From contig JBPCLP010000036.1 in NCBI GenBank assembly GCA_051003195.1, forward strand, positions 1-51,352: a stretch of 51,352 nt of DNA, in the 5' to 3' direction. The notes under the pieces were generated by a model, which searched no databases, had not been told where the DNA came from, and saw nothing but the letters and a program-made list of their open reading frames with translations. Position numbers and translations under genes: made by a program. The first letter of the stretch is position 1; every line of letters starts with the position of its first letter. Below, one piece after another: positions 9,601 through 19,988 of this stretch. The stretch comes from Candidatus Sumerlaeaceae bacterium (GTDB taxonomy: Bacteria > Sumerlaeota > Sumerlaeia > Sumerlaeales > Sumerlaeaceae).

Positions 9601-10815
9601 CTACCAGCTATGCATCGTGCCGTCGAGCTTTCGTGCGACCGGCAGGTACGCCGGGGTGTAGGGATATTTCGCCGCCAGTGCTTCATCAATTTCGACGCCG
9701 ATTCCCGGCACATCGCCCGGGTGCATCGTACCGTCACCCAGGTATTTATACGCATGCGGGAACACCTTGTCCGTCTCTTCGACATGCGGCATGTGCTCCT
9801 GGATGCCGAAGTTGTGCACCGCCATGTCAAAATGCAATGCCGCTCCCATGCAGACCGGGCTTAGATCCGTTGCGCCATGGCTGCCAGTACGAACATGGTA
9901 TAATTCTGCCAGGTTCGCAATGCGGCGCATGTGCGTGATACCGCCGGCGTGAACAACCGTGGTGCGAATGAAGTCGATCAGTTGCTCCTGGATGAGCTGC
10001 TGGCAGTCCCAGATACTGTTGAACACCTCGCCAACAGCGATGGGCGTGGTTGTGTGTTTGCGAATCAGCCGGAAACCTTCCTGCAGCTCTGCCGGCACCG
10101 GATCTTCCATCCACCACAGGTGATAAGGCTCCAGCGACTTACCAATCTGCGCCGCCTCGATCGGGGTGAGTCGGTGGTGCACATCGTGCAGCAGGTGGAC
10201 GTCGGGACCGAATTCATCGCGAAGGCGTTTGAACAGCTCCGGGACGCACCGCATGTATTTCTCGGTGGACCACACACTTTCGACAGGCGCGCTGCCTTTG
10301 ATCGCCGGTTCATACTTTTCGCCGGCTTTCGGCACACCGTAGGTACTTGCCACGCCCGGGATACCACATTGCGCTCGTATAGCGGTGTAGCCAAGATCCC
10401 GGTGCTCAGCCACGGCCTTTACAGTGCTTTCAATATCGACGCCGTTGGCGTGACAGTACACCAGCACATTGTCGCGGCCGGCTCCGCCGAGCAGCTGGTA
10501 GAGCGGCTGCCCGCATGCCTTCGCCTTGATGTCCCACAGGGCAGTGTCGACAGCCGCAATCGCGCTCATCGTGACCGGTCCGCGCCGCCAGTACGCACCC
10601 TTGTACAGGTAGTGCCACGTGTCTTCAATTCGCCGCGCATCCCGGCGGATTAACAGCGGCGCAATGTGGTCTTCCAGGTAGCTTGCGACGGCAAGCTCGC
10701 GGCCGTTAAGGGTGGCGTCGCCAAGCCCGGTGATTCCATCTTCGGTCGTTAGCTTCAGCGTGACGAAGTTGCGGCCGGGACAGCAGACGATTACTTTCGC
10801 ATCGGTGATCTTCAT
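9601..10815 (-). CDS. manD: D-mannonate dehydratase ManD/RspA (enolase superfamily)
   Basis: [80 protein letters not shown]. Confidence 0.93.
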   Translation of the reverse strand: MKITDAKVIVCCPGRNFVTLKLTTEDGITGLGDATLNGRELAVASYLEDHIAPLLIRRDARRIEDTWHYLYKGAYWRRGPVTMSAIAAVDTALWDIKAKACGQPLYQLLGGAGRDNVLVYCHANGVDIESTVKAVAEHRDLGYTAIRAQCGIPGVASTYGVPKAGEKYEPAIKGSAPVESVWSTEKYMRCVPELFKRLRDEFGPDVHLLHDVHHRLTPIEAAQIGKSLEPYHLWWMEDPVPAELQEGFRLIRKHTTTPIAVGEVFNSIWDCQQLIQEQLIDFIRTTVVHAGGITHMRRIANLAELYHVRTGSHGATDLSPVCMGAALHFDMAVHNFGIQEHMPHVEETDKVFPHAYKYLGDGTMHPGDVPGIGVEIDEALAAKYPYTPAYLPVARKLDGTMHSW

Positions 10816-10903
10816 GGCCCGGCATGCCGGCCTGCGGTGCGGCTTGATTCAAGGTAAAAACAAAACGGCCCGGGAGAACTTGCGCCCACCGGATATAGCG
10901 AAG

Positions 10904-12472
10904 CTAGTCCCTGATGGCGGATTTCGCTTTCTTGCCCGGATTCACCTGCGCCCGAATGAACGCATCGGTGAAGGCGGGGCGGTTGGCGCCATTCTCGGTT
11001 GTTAGTATATAGTACCGGTTGTCACGGTAGGTGCCGTCTGCCTCTACGTAGAGCGGAACGCTTGCCACCTCTTTCATAAGTTTAAGAGACCTGCGAGGCA
11101 GCAACACATCGATCTCTGCTCGACTGCTGAGAAGTGCTTTCACCGATTTCAGGTCCGCCGGGGTTTCGCCCAGATACGAGAACTTCTCGTGTACATAGTA
11201 CATCAGGCGTGGATCTTCCTCTGCAAAAATGAGCAGTCCGTCGTCGCGGTCTACCGCGTGTTCCACTTCCTGCACGAGCCGGTGCGGAGAGCGCCGCACT
11301 TCCAGCAGGGGATAGACTACAGCGAAATAGAGTCCGAGCAGTGCAAGCGCAACGGGTGCCGTGAAGCCTACAATTCGACGGTACGCATCCGCCCGCGGAG
11401 CCGTTCTTTCGCCCAGCCGATGAACGCTGTCAGCGATGACAAGGGCCAGCCATGGCATCAGTGGCAGCAGGTAATACTGCCTCTTGCTGCTCGAGAGTGA
11501 GAAGAACACGAAGACAGCCGCCGTCGCGCACAGGCTGAACGTAAGCCAGGGCTCAGGGCGAACTCCAGCCGCACGACGTTTCCACAACTGCCACGCGGCA
11601 ACCGGCAGCACCAGGCTCCAGGGAAGCAGAACGATCGGCAGCTTTGCAAAATAATAGTACCATGCTTCGTTGTGGTCGAAGGCTTTTACGAATCGCTGCA
11701 TATTATGTTTCAGGAGTATCGTTTCCAGCGGCGGAGTGCCGTAAGATTTCCATACCATCAGGCACCACAGCGCAAAAGGCACAAAACAGAGGACGGCGCC
11801 CGGCAGTGGCCGCAGGGACCAGGTTCTGCGCCATCCCTCTCGCCAGCCGTAGCGCGATAGCGCGAAGGTTGCAGCCACAAGCGCGCTGAGCACCGGGGCG
11901 ACCGGGCCCTTCGTAAGCATCGCAAGCGACATGGCTCCCCACACGAATGCCCACCTGCGCCAGGTGAAGCCAACCTCCATCACTTCATAAATCGCGCTCC
12001 ACGAGACAAACAGCAGGGCCAGCAGAAACGTGTCCGTGTTTACTTCCGTTGCGATCTGAAAAAACTCGCGCGAAGTGGCCAGAATAACAGTGGCGAAAAT
12101 CGCGGGACGCGCGCCGCCGAGATAAGTTTTTGCGAACCGGTAAATATAGAACAGCACGAGCATCGACGGGATAAGGTTCGTGACGCGCGCCGAGAACTCG
12201 CTCACACCGCCCAGCAGTGCAGAAACCAGTGCCACGGCCCAGAACACCAGCGGCGGCTTATCGGCCACGGTGTCGTTGTAGATAACCGGAAGCAGCCAGT
12301 GCCCATCCAGGACGCTTCGGGCACCCAGCGCATAATAGGCTTCGTTTTCCGCCCAGAAACTGCGGTTGGAGATCCCCACCAGGTAAATTACGCAGATAAT
12401 GATGCCAAGCCATACCGGGTGTGAGAGCCGCGCCCCCACTGTGGATGACCGTGTTAACGAATCGATAGTCAT
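10904..12472 (-). CDS. ArnT-like membrane glycosyltransferase (GT-C; GT83/PMT_2-like)
   Basis: ENEAYY, DKPPLVFW, SEFSAR, LTKGP, HNEAWYYY, FFSLSSSKRQYYLLP; many TM helices. Confidence 0.85.
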   Translation of the reverse strand: MTIDSLTRSSTVGARLSHPVWLGIIICVIYLVGISNRSFWAENEAYYALGARSVLDGHWLLPVIYNDTVADKPPLVFWAVALVSALLGGVSEFSARVTNLIPSMLVLFYIYRFAKTYLGGARPAIFATVILATSREFFQIATEVNTDTFLLALLFVSWSAIYEVMEVGFTWRRWAFVWGAMSLAMLTKGPVAPVLSALVAATFALSRYGWREGWRRTWSLRPLPGAVLCFVPFALWCLMVWKSYGTPPLETILLKHNMQRFVKAFDHNEAWYYYFAKLPIVLLPWSLVLPVAAWQLWKRRAAGVRPEPWLTFSLCATAAVFVFFSLSSSKRQYYLLPLMPWLALVIADSVHRLGERTAPRADAYRRIVGFTAPVALALLGLYFAVVYPLLEVRRSPHRLVQEVEHAVDRDDGLLIFAEEDPRLMYYVHEKFSYLGETPADLKSVKALLSSRAEIDVLLPRRSLKLMKEVASVPLYVEADGTYRDNRYYILTTENGANRPAFTDAFIRAQVNPGKKAKSAIRD

Positions 12473-12601
12473 GGTGCGACAGCGATAGAAGACGTCTGAA
12501 TCATCGCAACCATTATTGATGCTTGCGCGTTCACTGACAACAGATTTCGTACGGCAAAGATGCGTAATCGTCGTACTGAATTTCCAGTGGGGAGAAACTT
12601 A

Positions 12602-13852
12602 ATGCATTTAGCAAAACACGTGATGATCGCGACCTGCCTGTTCGCGGCTTCCGCCCTGCATGGGCAGGAAATCACAACGACATCGGCGGCTCGCTTCCAG
12701 CAGGACAAATTCGCAATTGGGTTCTGGGTCGACCCTCCAGCCGACGACAAGATGGAGCAACGTTACCGCGAGATCGCGGATGCAAACTTCACGCTGGTCG
12801 TCGGCGGCTTCGGCGCGGAGCGGCAGATCACCCGGCAGCTGGAACTGTGCGAGCAGTTCGGTATGAAGGCGCTGGTGGCTGTGCCCGGCAAAGATGTGGC
12901 CAAGTCCGCACCCGACCACCCTGCCCTCTGGGGCTACCTGTGGAACGATGAACCCTCTGCCGCCGATTTTCCGAAGCTTACGTCGGATGTTCTCCAGATC
13001 CGCTCTCTGCGTCCTGGAAAACTGACCTTCATCAATCTGCTGCCCAACTACGCACCTGCGCACGCGCTCGGAACGGCAACCTATGAAGAGCACGTGCGGC
13101 GGTTTGTGAACGAAGTGAAGCCTGACGTCTTGTCGATGGACCATTACCCGCAGTTTCTTCCGGACCGGAAACGCGACATGCGCCAAAGCTATCTCGATTG
13201 CGTAGGCGTCCTGCGCACCGAAAGCCTGCGTGCCGGAATCCCGTACTGGAACTTCTTCAACACCATGCCGTACGGTCCGCATACCGACCCGACAGAAGGA
13301 CAGTTGCGATGGCAGATTTTCGCTACGCTCGCCCATGGGGCGAAGGGAGTGCTCTGGTTCTGCTACTACACGCCGGGCGGCCACGAGTTTCCCAAAGGTG
13401 GAGCCATCATTGGCCGCGACGATAAACCGACCCGCCACTACGACCAGGCGCGCCGAATCAATGCGGAGCTGAAGAACCTTGGTCCGACGCTGATGAAACT
13501 GACCAGCACGCGTGTCGCGCACGTCGTGCGTCCGGAAAAAGGAGAAACAGTAGAAACGACTGCGCCGCTCCTGGGCGGGCCGATTGTCAGCATTAGTGGC
13601 CAGCCAAAGCCCGATTGCCTTGTGGGCGAATTCACCCATGCAGATGGCCGCCGTGCTGCGCTGCTGATGAACTACGACTTCGCATACACCAGCTGGCCAA
13701 CGGTCGAGTTCTCTGCGCCCGCGGCGTCGATTACCGAAATCGACAAGGCTACCGGACAGGAAATTCCGCTGCACGACGATAGCCCTGCCTTGCCCGGAAT
13801 CCAGCTCTCACTGGACGCGGGCGACGGCCGACTGTTTCTGCTGCCCAAATAA
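12602..13852 (+). CDS. Secreted glycoside-hydrolase-like TIM-barrel protein
   Basis: GGGAGA RBS before ATG 12602; signal peptide; FAIGFW, WNDEP, SMDHYP, PTEGQLRWQIFATLAHGAKGVLWFCY, LDAGDGRLF. Confidence 0.6.
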   Translation: MHLAKHVMIATCLFAASALHGQEITTTSAARFQQDKFAIGFWVDPPADDKMEQRYREIADANFTLVVGGFGAERQITRQLELCEQFGMKALVAVPGKDVAKSAPDHPALWGYLWNDEPSAADFPKLTSDVLQIRSLRPGKLTFINLLPNYAPAHALGTATYEEHVRRFVNEVKPDVLSMDHYPQFLPDRKRDMRQSYLDCVGVLRTESLRAGIPYWNFFNTMPYGPHTDPTEGQLRWQIFATLAHGAKGVLWFCYYTPGGHEFPKGGAIIGRDDKPTRHYDQARRINAELKNLGPTLMKLTSTRVAHVVRPEKGETVETTAPLLGGPIVSISGQPKPDCLVGEFTHADGRRAALLMNYDFAYTSWPTVEFSAPAASITEIDKATGQEIPLHDDSPALPGIQLSLDAGDGRLFLLPK

Positions 13853-13927
13853 CCGCGTCCAATGACCATGTTCAACCTGGGATGCTTTTGTTTTCCAGAG
13901 TCTTGACTCTCATCGACCAGCTCACCC

Positions 13928-14209
13928 ATGTTTCTTTCCATGACGACTCGCTTCAAAGCAGTGGTTGCCTTTGCGGCAGTGTTTGCTGCCGGTCTGATTT
14001 CGGGTTATCTATGGAAGCGAGAGGACCGTTTTGCTGGTGTGGCGCTGACACTTGCGACGCTTCTGGCGCTTGGTCTGGCGTATGGGCAAGTCAGACTCAA
14101 GGCACCGCAGGAGCTCTCTCGATCCGAACAGCGCAACTCGATCATAGCCCTGGCAACGTTCGTCATCGCCATGGCCGGCAGCGCAGCAATTGCTTTTCTG
14201 CTGAATTAG
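13928..14209 (+). CDS. Small membrane protein (3 predicted TM)
   Basis: 93 aa with three hydrophobic stretches; fills the intergenic space. Confidence 0.6.
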   Translation: MFLSMTTRFKAVVAFAAVFAAGLISGYLWKREDRFAGVALTLATLLALGLAYGQVRLKAPQELSRSEQRNSIIALATFVIAMAGSAAIAFLLN

Positions 14210-14330
14210 CATGGGTCAACTGCACAGCCGCGCCGATGTTTCAGAGACTCGAGCTCCAGGCGAGCCTGAAGCGCTCGGATGCCAGGCTCGGCCTCTCGTT
14301 TAAGTAGCTGCGGACACTTATGTTGCGCGG

Positions 14331-14771
14331 ATGCTGCACCGAATGTTCCGCAGCGGTGTATCCCTTATCGCGCAGACACCTCTTCTCCGCACAGAACTGG
14401 ATCCAATGATGGCAATGGTTGAGCAGACAGCTGTTTCAGATTTTGCTTACGAAGATATGACTGAAACGATTAAAACCACAGTCGCCAGCATCGTTCCACG
14501 CGGGCATTTTAAGTTTCGGGTCGCCTTTCGCGAATCATGCTGGTTCATCAGTGTGAGTGTTGCGAACAAGTACCGCGGCGAGATTCCCAAGCAGGTGCAG
14601 TTACCGGAGTTCACTGAACAGATCCACAGCAGCCTGACGAGCTTTGGGCTTTCCGTGAAAATCGAGGACCTGAACAACTCGGACATGGATCACGTGCGCT
14701 GGCTGATGGTAGCCCCCGACTCCCTGCAACTGGACGCCATGAGTGCCCGAAGGCGCAACCGATTTAATTGA
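14331..14771 (+). CDS. Hypothetical protein
   Basis: Longest ORF in the gap with protein-like composition; true start may be about 14406. Confidence 0.5.
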   Translation: MLHRMFRSGVSLIAQTPLLRTELDPMMAMVEQTAVSDFAYEDMTETIKTTVASIVPRGHFKFRVAFRESCWFISVSVANKYRGEIPKQVQLPEFTEQIHSSLTSFGLSVKIEDLNNSDMDHVRWLMVAPDSLQLDAMSARRRNRFN

Positions 14772-14845
14772 ACCCGTTTCGCGAAATCCGAATAACCGGA
14801 ATTCCTGCTTGCCGTGCCGCGTATAGTTGAAGCATTCTGCCGGCA

Positions 14846-16288
14846 ATGCGTGATGCCACCGCGATAGCAAATTCTGCCCCGGGATCTGGTCTATTAGATC
14901 AGCTTATGCCCGATCCCGCCTCGGGCAAGGCGCCTGCCGGCAAGCCGCTGAGCGTTACCGAGCTGACGGGCCAGATTCGCAACCTGCTGGAAGTGAAGTT
15001 TGCGGAGGTGCTGGTTGAGGGCGAGATTTCCGGCATGCGTCCCGCCGCCTCGGGCCATTGCTACTTCACGCTGAAGGACGCCACCGCACAGGTCAGTTGT
15101 GTGCTGTGGGCCGCAGACGCGGCTCGGCTCGGCAAGAAGATGCCGCGCGACGGCGACAAGGTCGAAATTACCGGCCGCCTCAGCGTCTACGCGCAGCGGG
15201 GAAATTACCAGATTGTTGTCTCAAAGATCCGGCCGGCAGGGTTGGGGCGGCTCTTCATGGCGTTCAACGAGCTGAAGGAACGGCTCGAAAAAGAGGGTCT
15301 TTTCGCCGCCGGGCGAAAGCGGCCAATCCCGCAGTTTCCCAAAAAGATCGGTATCGTAACATCGCCGACCGGCGCGGCCATCCGTGACATCCTGAAAGTG
15401 CTGAGCCGGCGTGCGCCGCACATCGAGGTGGTTATATGGCCGGCCCGGGTGCAGGGCGATGGCGCGGCACGAGAAATTGCACACGGGATCAACCGCTTGA
15501 ACGCGCGCAACGCGGCGGACGTTCTGATTGTCGGCCGCGGAGGCGGTTCGCTCGAAGACCTGTGGGCGTTTAACGAGGAAGTCGTTGCGCGCGCGATTTA
15601 CAAATCCGCGATTCCTGTCATCTCGGCTGTCGGCCACGAGATCGATTTTACGATTGCCGATTTCGTTGCTGACTACCGCGCGCCGACACCGTCGGCTGCC
15701 GCCGAAATCGTCGCCCGCAACAGCAACGAACTGCTTCGGGACCTGGAACAGAGCACGGCGCGGCTGAAAAAAGCCATGCACCAGCGGTTCGGCTTTCTAC
15801 GCGAGACGCCGCACCTGCGTGCACGACTTGAAAGCGCGCTGATACCCCGCGTTACCCTGCTGCGCAGCCGGCTCACGCAGTTCCAGCGCAGTCACGCTTT
15901 GCAGCGTCCCATTCACAAGCTCAACGATATGCGCCAGCAGTTGGACGATACGCAGGCGCGCATGCATCGTGGGTTGTCGGATCGCAATCAGCATGCTCGA
16001 CAGCTGCACGCGCGACTGTCCGCGCACCTGAATGCACTCAATCCCAAGGCCATTCTTGGCCGCGGGTATTCCATTACCTTTGATGCTCAAAGTGGTGTGA
16101 TTGTACGCCATGCTGATGAAACGGCGGCGGGTCAGCCTCTGCGCATTGTCCTGAGTGAGGGCGCAATCGACGCGAATGTTGCCGGCAGCGCATTGCACAT
16201 GCGGCCTGCGCTGAAGCGTCGCGGCTCAAAGCAGCCGGTTGTGATCGAGTGGTTCGGCGACGTGGAACCTGCGCCACCTAAAGGGTGA
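14846..16288 (+). CDS. xseA: Exodeoxyribonuclease VII large subunit
   Basis: LSVTELT, VEGEIS, SGHCYFTLKD, GIVTSPTGAAIRD, VGRGGGSLEDLWAFNEE, SAVGHEIDFTIADFVADYRAPTPSAAAE, LNPKAILGRGYS; start may be 14906. Confidence 0.96.
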   Translation: MRDATAIANSAPGSGLLDQLMPDPASGKAPAGKPLSVTELTGQIRNLLEVKFAEVLVEGEISGMRPAASGHCYFTLKDATAQVSCVLWAADAARLGKKMPRDGDKVEITGRLSVYAQRGNYQIVVSKIRPAGLGRLFMAFNELKERLEKEGLFAAGRKRPIPQFPKKIGIVTSPTGAAIRDILKVLSRRAPHIEVVIWPARVQGDGAAREIAHGINRLNARNAADVLIVGRGGGSLEDLWAFNEEVVARAIYKSAIPVISAVGHEIDFTIADFVADYRAPTPSAAAEIVARNSNELLRDLEQSTARLKKAMHQRFGFLRETPHLRARLESALIPRVTLLRSRLTQFQRSHALQRPIHKLNDMRQQLDDTQARMHRGLSDRNQHARQLHARLSAHLNALNPKAILGRGYSITFDAQSGVIVRHADETAAGQPLRIVLSEGAIDANVAGSALHMRPALKRRGSKQPVVIEWFGDVEPAPPKG

Positions 16289-16301
16289 GTAACCTCGGCT
16301 G

Positions 16302-16577
16302 TTACTTCGCGACGTGTACTGAGTCCACGATCCCGACGATCGCTGCGTCCACAGGGATGTCCGTTCCGCCCGGCCCGGTAAACACCGCGTCCCCGCTCGC
16401 GACAAAATACACAATCTCACCCACACCACGCCTGCACGTCGAATCGGTCGCAACCAGCACAGTGCCGACGTCTTCCATCCGCTCATTGAGCGGCTGAAGC
16501 ACCAGGAGCGTACTGCCCTCGAGAGATTCCACCTTGCGCGTTGACACGATTGTGCCGATGATACGGGCTATATCCAT
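16302..16577 (-). CDS. eutN: EutN/CcmL family bacterial microcompartment vertex (BMC-P) protein
   Basis: Start reassigned to ATG 16577: MDIARIIGTIVSTRKVESLEG..LLVLQPL...VATD...GVGEIV....SGDA......PVDAAIVGIVD; 91 aa; family-level call. Confidence 0.88.
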   Translation of the reverse strand: MDIARIIGTIVSTRKVESLEGSTLLVLQPLNERMEDVGTVLVATDSTCRRGVGEIVYFVASGDAVFTGPGGTDIPVDAAIVGIVDSVHVAK

Positions 16578-16621
16578 ACCTTGAACATGCCTCTTACAGC
16601 GCCGCACGCAAACGATTTTCG

Positions 16622-17593
16622 ATGGTAAGTCTTGCACGGGCGCAGCGCCTGGCCGGGCGCGGGAAGTTGGACGCCGCCGAAGCTTACTTGCGGTCCGCAC
16701 TGGTGGATGGTGCAAACGTGCGGAACTGGCTGGTGCTGGGCAGGCTGCTGGAGCAGGGCGGCCGCGCCGAGAATGCGCTGCATGTCTTCGACGACGCGCG
16801 GGTGCGCTATCCAAATCAAGCACCCGCACACCTTTTTTACGGCATCGCCGCGCTGGACCTCGGATATGTTGAGGACGCCGCGGCGTCTTTTGCGCGCGTG
16901 CTGGAGATGCAGCCGGGCAACGACGTGGCGCGAAGCTACGCGGCCCTTGGCAAATTGATGCAGGGCGACGACGATGCCGCTGTTTCCACGTTCCGCACAT
17001 TCGGCATTAGCGATAATCGCGCATTTCGCGTACGCCTGACCGAGTGGATGGAATCGCAGTGGCTGGCGAATGGGCGGTTTTTTGCGCAACATGCTCTCGA
17101 GTTTCCCTCCGACCCGCCTGCGAAGACGAGCACGCGCCGCGCGCAGAAGCACTTTTACGCGAAGCGCTACGCCGAGATGCTTCGCGAACTGGAGCCGGCG
17201 GCACTCGCCAGCCATCCCGACCAGTCGGTCCTGTTTGCCTGCGCGCTGGGATCGGAGATGCTGTTCGATTATCAGCGCTCGCTGGAGTACATCAGTCGCG
17301 TCACCGAGCCCGAATCCGAATGGCCGGACGCGATACTGGCGACGCGAGCGCGGAGCCTGTTACGACTCGGCGATTTCCCCGCCGCCGCTGCAGATCTCGC
17401 GCGCGTGTTGACTGTCGGGCCTGAAGACTTCGGGTCCAATTATTACCTGGGGGTTCTCTGCCTTGCCCATGGCGAGCACGCCAGCGCCCGTCAGCTCTTC
17501 ATGCGAGCCCACACGCAGTACCTGGTGGACACGCTGGATTTTCAATACTGGCAAATGGAACAGGCGCTGCTCGGGAGGGCGGACAAATTGTAA
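16622..17593 (+). CDS. Tetratricopeptide repeat protein
   Basis: Repeated TPR-like helical pairs (LGRLLEQGGRAENA, AAASFARVLEMQPGN, YYLGVLCLAHGEHASA). Confidence 0.75.
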   Translation: MVSLARAQRLAGRGKLDAAEAYLRSALVDGANVRNWLVLGRLLEQGGRAENALHVFDDARVRYPNQAPAHLFYGIAALDLGYVEDAAASFARVLEMQPGNDVARSYAALGKLMQGDDDAAVSTFRTFGISDNRAFRVRLTEWMESQWLANGRFFAQHALEFPSDPPAKTSTRRAQKHFYAKRYAEMLRELEPAALASHPDQSVLFACALGSEMLFDYQRSLEYISRVTEPESEWPDAILATRARSLLRLGDFPAAAADLARVLTVGPEDFGSNYYLGVLCLAHGEHASARQLFMRAHTQYLVDTLDFQYWQMEQALLGRADKL

Positions 17594-17605
17594 GGTACGC
17601 CCCTC

Positions 17606-17805
17606 GTGTGCGTCCCAGAAATTTGCCGTAGAATGCCGTCGGAATCTTTTTGCACCGAAGGTGCAGCGGAACAGAGCCCAGGGAAAGGAGGCCACGGCTT
17701 TTTGTGGCCGACGCAGCCCTGGGTATATCGATCCAATTGCATCGCGCCCTGAAAGCGGCGCCGGAAAACGCGCAAATTTCGTTACGAATCTCTGGGACAC
17801 CACAC
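17606..17805. mobile_element. MITE-like non-autonomous element carrying REP-like hairpins
   Basis: Imperfect terminal inverted repeats GTGTGCGTCCCAGAAATTTG (17606-17625) and CGAATCTCTGGGACACCACAC (17785-17805); the internal 17647-17767 segment is nearly identical to 51233-51352. Confidence 0.65.
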
Positions 17806-17917
17806 CAGTGTGCCGTTCCAGAAGTTCATAGCTATACTTCAGTAAGCTTTTGACCTCGAACGGAACACAAAACCAGTGAACGAACTAATGGGACACTACA
17901 CCACCAGCCGCGACGCA

Positions 17918-18061
17918 CTATTTCTTTCGAATCGCGTAAATCAACAGCCCTACGTCGACAGCGACAACACCCCACGCTGCGTAGTAATGCTGGAAAAATG
18001 CGAGCAGCAAGGCGATGATCACCAGCACGATGCTGATCCACGCCACGGTATTCTTATCCAT
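17918..18061 (-). CDS. Small 47-aa two-TM membrane protein (not in ORF track)
   Basis: [50 protein letters not shown] overlaps the udk 3' end; basic C-terminus after TM2. Confidence 0.65.
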   Translation of the reverse strand: MDKNTVAWISIVLVIIALLLAFFQHYYAAWGVVAVDVGLLIYAIRKK

Positions 18062-18695
18062 TCACGCGGTCTCCATCGAGCAGAGTTCGAAGTTTAGTTA
18101 CAATGAAATCGATTGCGATGCGGTTGTATCCGCCTTCGGGCACAATGATGTCGGCATACCGCTTCGACGGCTCCACAAACTCCAGGTGCATGAGCCGGAC
18201 AACTCCCATGTACTGATCGATGACGGAGTCCGGCGTGCGGCCACGTTCCTTGATGTCCCGCGACAGCCGCCGGATAAAACGTACATCGGCATCGGTATCG
18301 ACAAAGATTTTCACGTCAAACATCTCACGCAGCCGTGCGTTCGCCAGTGCCAGGATGCCCTCCACAACGATGATGGGCGCAGGCGCCACGCGAATGCTTT
18401 GGCGTGAGCGCGTGTGGGTGCTGTAATCGTAAACCGGCATCTCAATCGCTTCGCCACGCTCGAGCTGGCGCAGGTGGTTGATGAGCAGTTCATGATCAAA
18501 GGCGTCCGGATGATCATAGTTAATCTTCGCGCGTTCGTCGAAGGGGAGGTCCGCGCGGTCGATGTAATAGGAATCCTGGCCAATAACGACGATGCGTTGC
18601 CCCAGTGCTTCGCCAATCGATTTTGCGACGAGCGTCTTGCCCGAGCCGGTACCACCTGCAATTCCCATCAACATGCTTTTGCCGTCTTTTGTCAT
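18054..18695 (-). CDS. udk: Uridine kinase
   Basis: [69 protein letters not shown]. Confidence 0.96.
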   Translation of the reverse strand: MTKDGKSMLMGIAGGTGSGKTLVAKSIGEALGQRIVVIGQDSYYIDRADLPFDERAKINYDHPDAFDHELLINHLRQLERGEAIEMPVYDYSTHTRSRQSIRVAPAPIIVVEGILALANARLREMFDVKIFVDTDADVRFIRRLSRDIKERGRTPDSVIDQYMGVVRLMHLEFVEPSKRYADIIVPEGGYNRIAIDFIVTKLRTLLDGDRVNG

Positions 18696-19879
18696 TCGTC
18701 GTGCAGTTCAGCCCTTCGCTTTGACTGGCGCCTCGCGACGGAAAGAGGTTTAAGTGAGCGGTACGCTTCCGGCACATAGCCCTCCACGCAAATGTCGTCA
18801 TCGAAAGTTCGGATAACCACATCCTCCAGGGCAAGCGCTTTGCCCATCGCGGGCAGCTCCCACCCGGTAACGGGCCGCTTGGCGTTGTCGCCCCCAATAA
18901 GTTTGGGCGCGACGAACGCGATCACCTTATCGACGAGCTTCTCTCGCAGTAGCGATCCGTGCATGCTGCTGCCGCCTTCACACAGCACGGACTGGATCTC
19001 GTAGCGATGCAGCCCGAGGATGAGTTCCTTCATGTCGATCAGCCCACGGCGGCCTTTCATCTGCAGCACAATGTGACCCGCGTCCTCGAGTCGCGCGATC
19101 TTGTCCGGCGGCGCAGCCTCGGTTGTCGCGAGGATGCATTCGCCAAGATGTCCAAGCTCGAGACACTTTGCCCGCACCGGGATCCGCAGGTGACCGTCGA
19201 CGATAACGCGCTTAGGCTGCCGACGATTATAATCCGTGAGGCGGACATTCAGCATGGGATTATCCTGAAGCACGGTTCCGATCCCGACCATCACTGCGTC
19301 CACACACGCGCGCACCTCGTGCACATAGGTGCGGCTTTTCTCATTGGTGATCCACTTGCTCTGCCCACTCTCTGCCGCAATACGGCCGTCGAGCGTCATG
19401 GCCCACTTGGCTATCATAAAGGGGCGCTGCAACGTGTGGAAGGTAATGAAAGCTTCATTGAGCCGGCGGGCTTCAGGTTCCATCAGGCCCACATCAACCT
19501 GGATTCCCGCTTTGCGAAGCGCTCGAAAACCTTTGCCGGCTACCATCGGATTCGGGTCGGAATGCGGCACCACAACGCGCCCGATCTTCTTCGCGACGAT
19601 CAAATCGATGCATGGTGGAGTACGGCCATGGTGGATGCACGGCTCCAGTGTTACGTACAGCGTCGAACCGGCGGCATCGGCATCGCGGACCTTCGCGAGA
19701 GCCTCAACTTCGGCGTGCGGCAGACCGACCTGTCGATGGTAGCCCTCCCCGCGGATGCGCCCTCTTTTGACCACCACCGCGCCGACGAGCGGGTTTGGGC
19801 TTGTCATGCCAGTGCCCTGTCGCGCCAGCTCCAGTGCGCGGTGCATGTAATCGTGGTCGGCTTGTGTGAAGTCAGCCAT
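18692..19879 (-). CDS. ribD: Bifunctional riboflavin biosynthesis deaminase/reductase RibD
   Basis: [57 protein letters not shown]. Confidence 0.96.
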   Translation of the reverse strand: MADFTQADHDYMHRALELARQGTGMTSPNPLVGAVVVKRGRIRGEGYHRQVGLPHAEVEALAKVRDADAAGSTLYVTLEPCIHHGRTPPCIDLIVAKKIGRVVVPHSDPNPMVAGKGFRALRKAGIQVDVGLMEPEARRLNEAFITFHTLQRPFMIAKWAMTLDGRIAAESGQSKWITNEKSRTYVHEVRACVDAVMVGIGTVLQDNPMLNVRLTDYNRRQPKRVIVDGHLRIPVRAKCLELGHLGECILATTEAAPPDKIARLEDAGHIVLQMKGRRGLIDMKELILGLHRYEIQSVLCEGGSSMHGSLLREKLVDKVIAFVAPKLIGGDNAKRPVTGWELPAMGKALALEDVVIRTFDDDICVEGYVPEAYRSLKPLSVARRQSKRRAELHDE

Positions 19880-19988
19880 TGTGTTGCCCGGGGGTCATGC
19901 GGGTTGATGAACGGCTTGGGTAAGCTGGTTATCAAGCATAAGTTGGGCGACGATTTTCAAACAACGCCCGCGCGTCGTCTAACGTGTG

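Noticed and set aside
9594..9830. Long N-terminal extension of the pilin-like ORF
   Set aside because: It overlaps manD in another frame; the class III signal begins at ATG 9593
12608..13774. 388-aa antisense ORF (and similar long shadows at 18959-19999, 40639-41508 and in the giant gene)
   Set aside because: Antisense shadows of well-supported genes in GC-rich DNA with no recognisable motifs
14261..14290. CGAGCCTG/CAGGCTCG inverted repeat as a terminator or REP
   Set aside because: Long loop, no adjacent U-tract and no second copy seen
16578..17000. 232-aa version of the EutN ORF
   Set aside because: The extension is antisense to the TPR gene and Arg/Pro-rich shadow sequence
19880..19988. 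FMN riboswitch upstream of ribD
   Set aside because: The short gap lacks the RFN consensus (AGGGCGGGG...AAATTCCC.ACCG)
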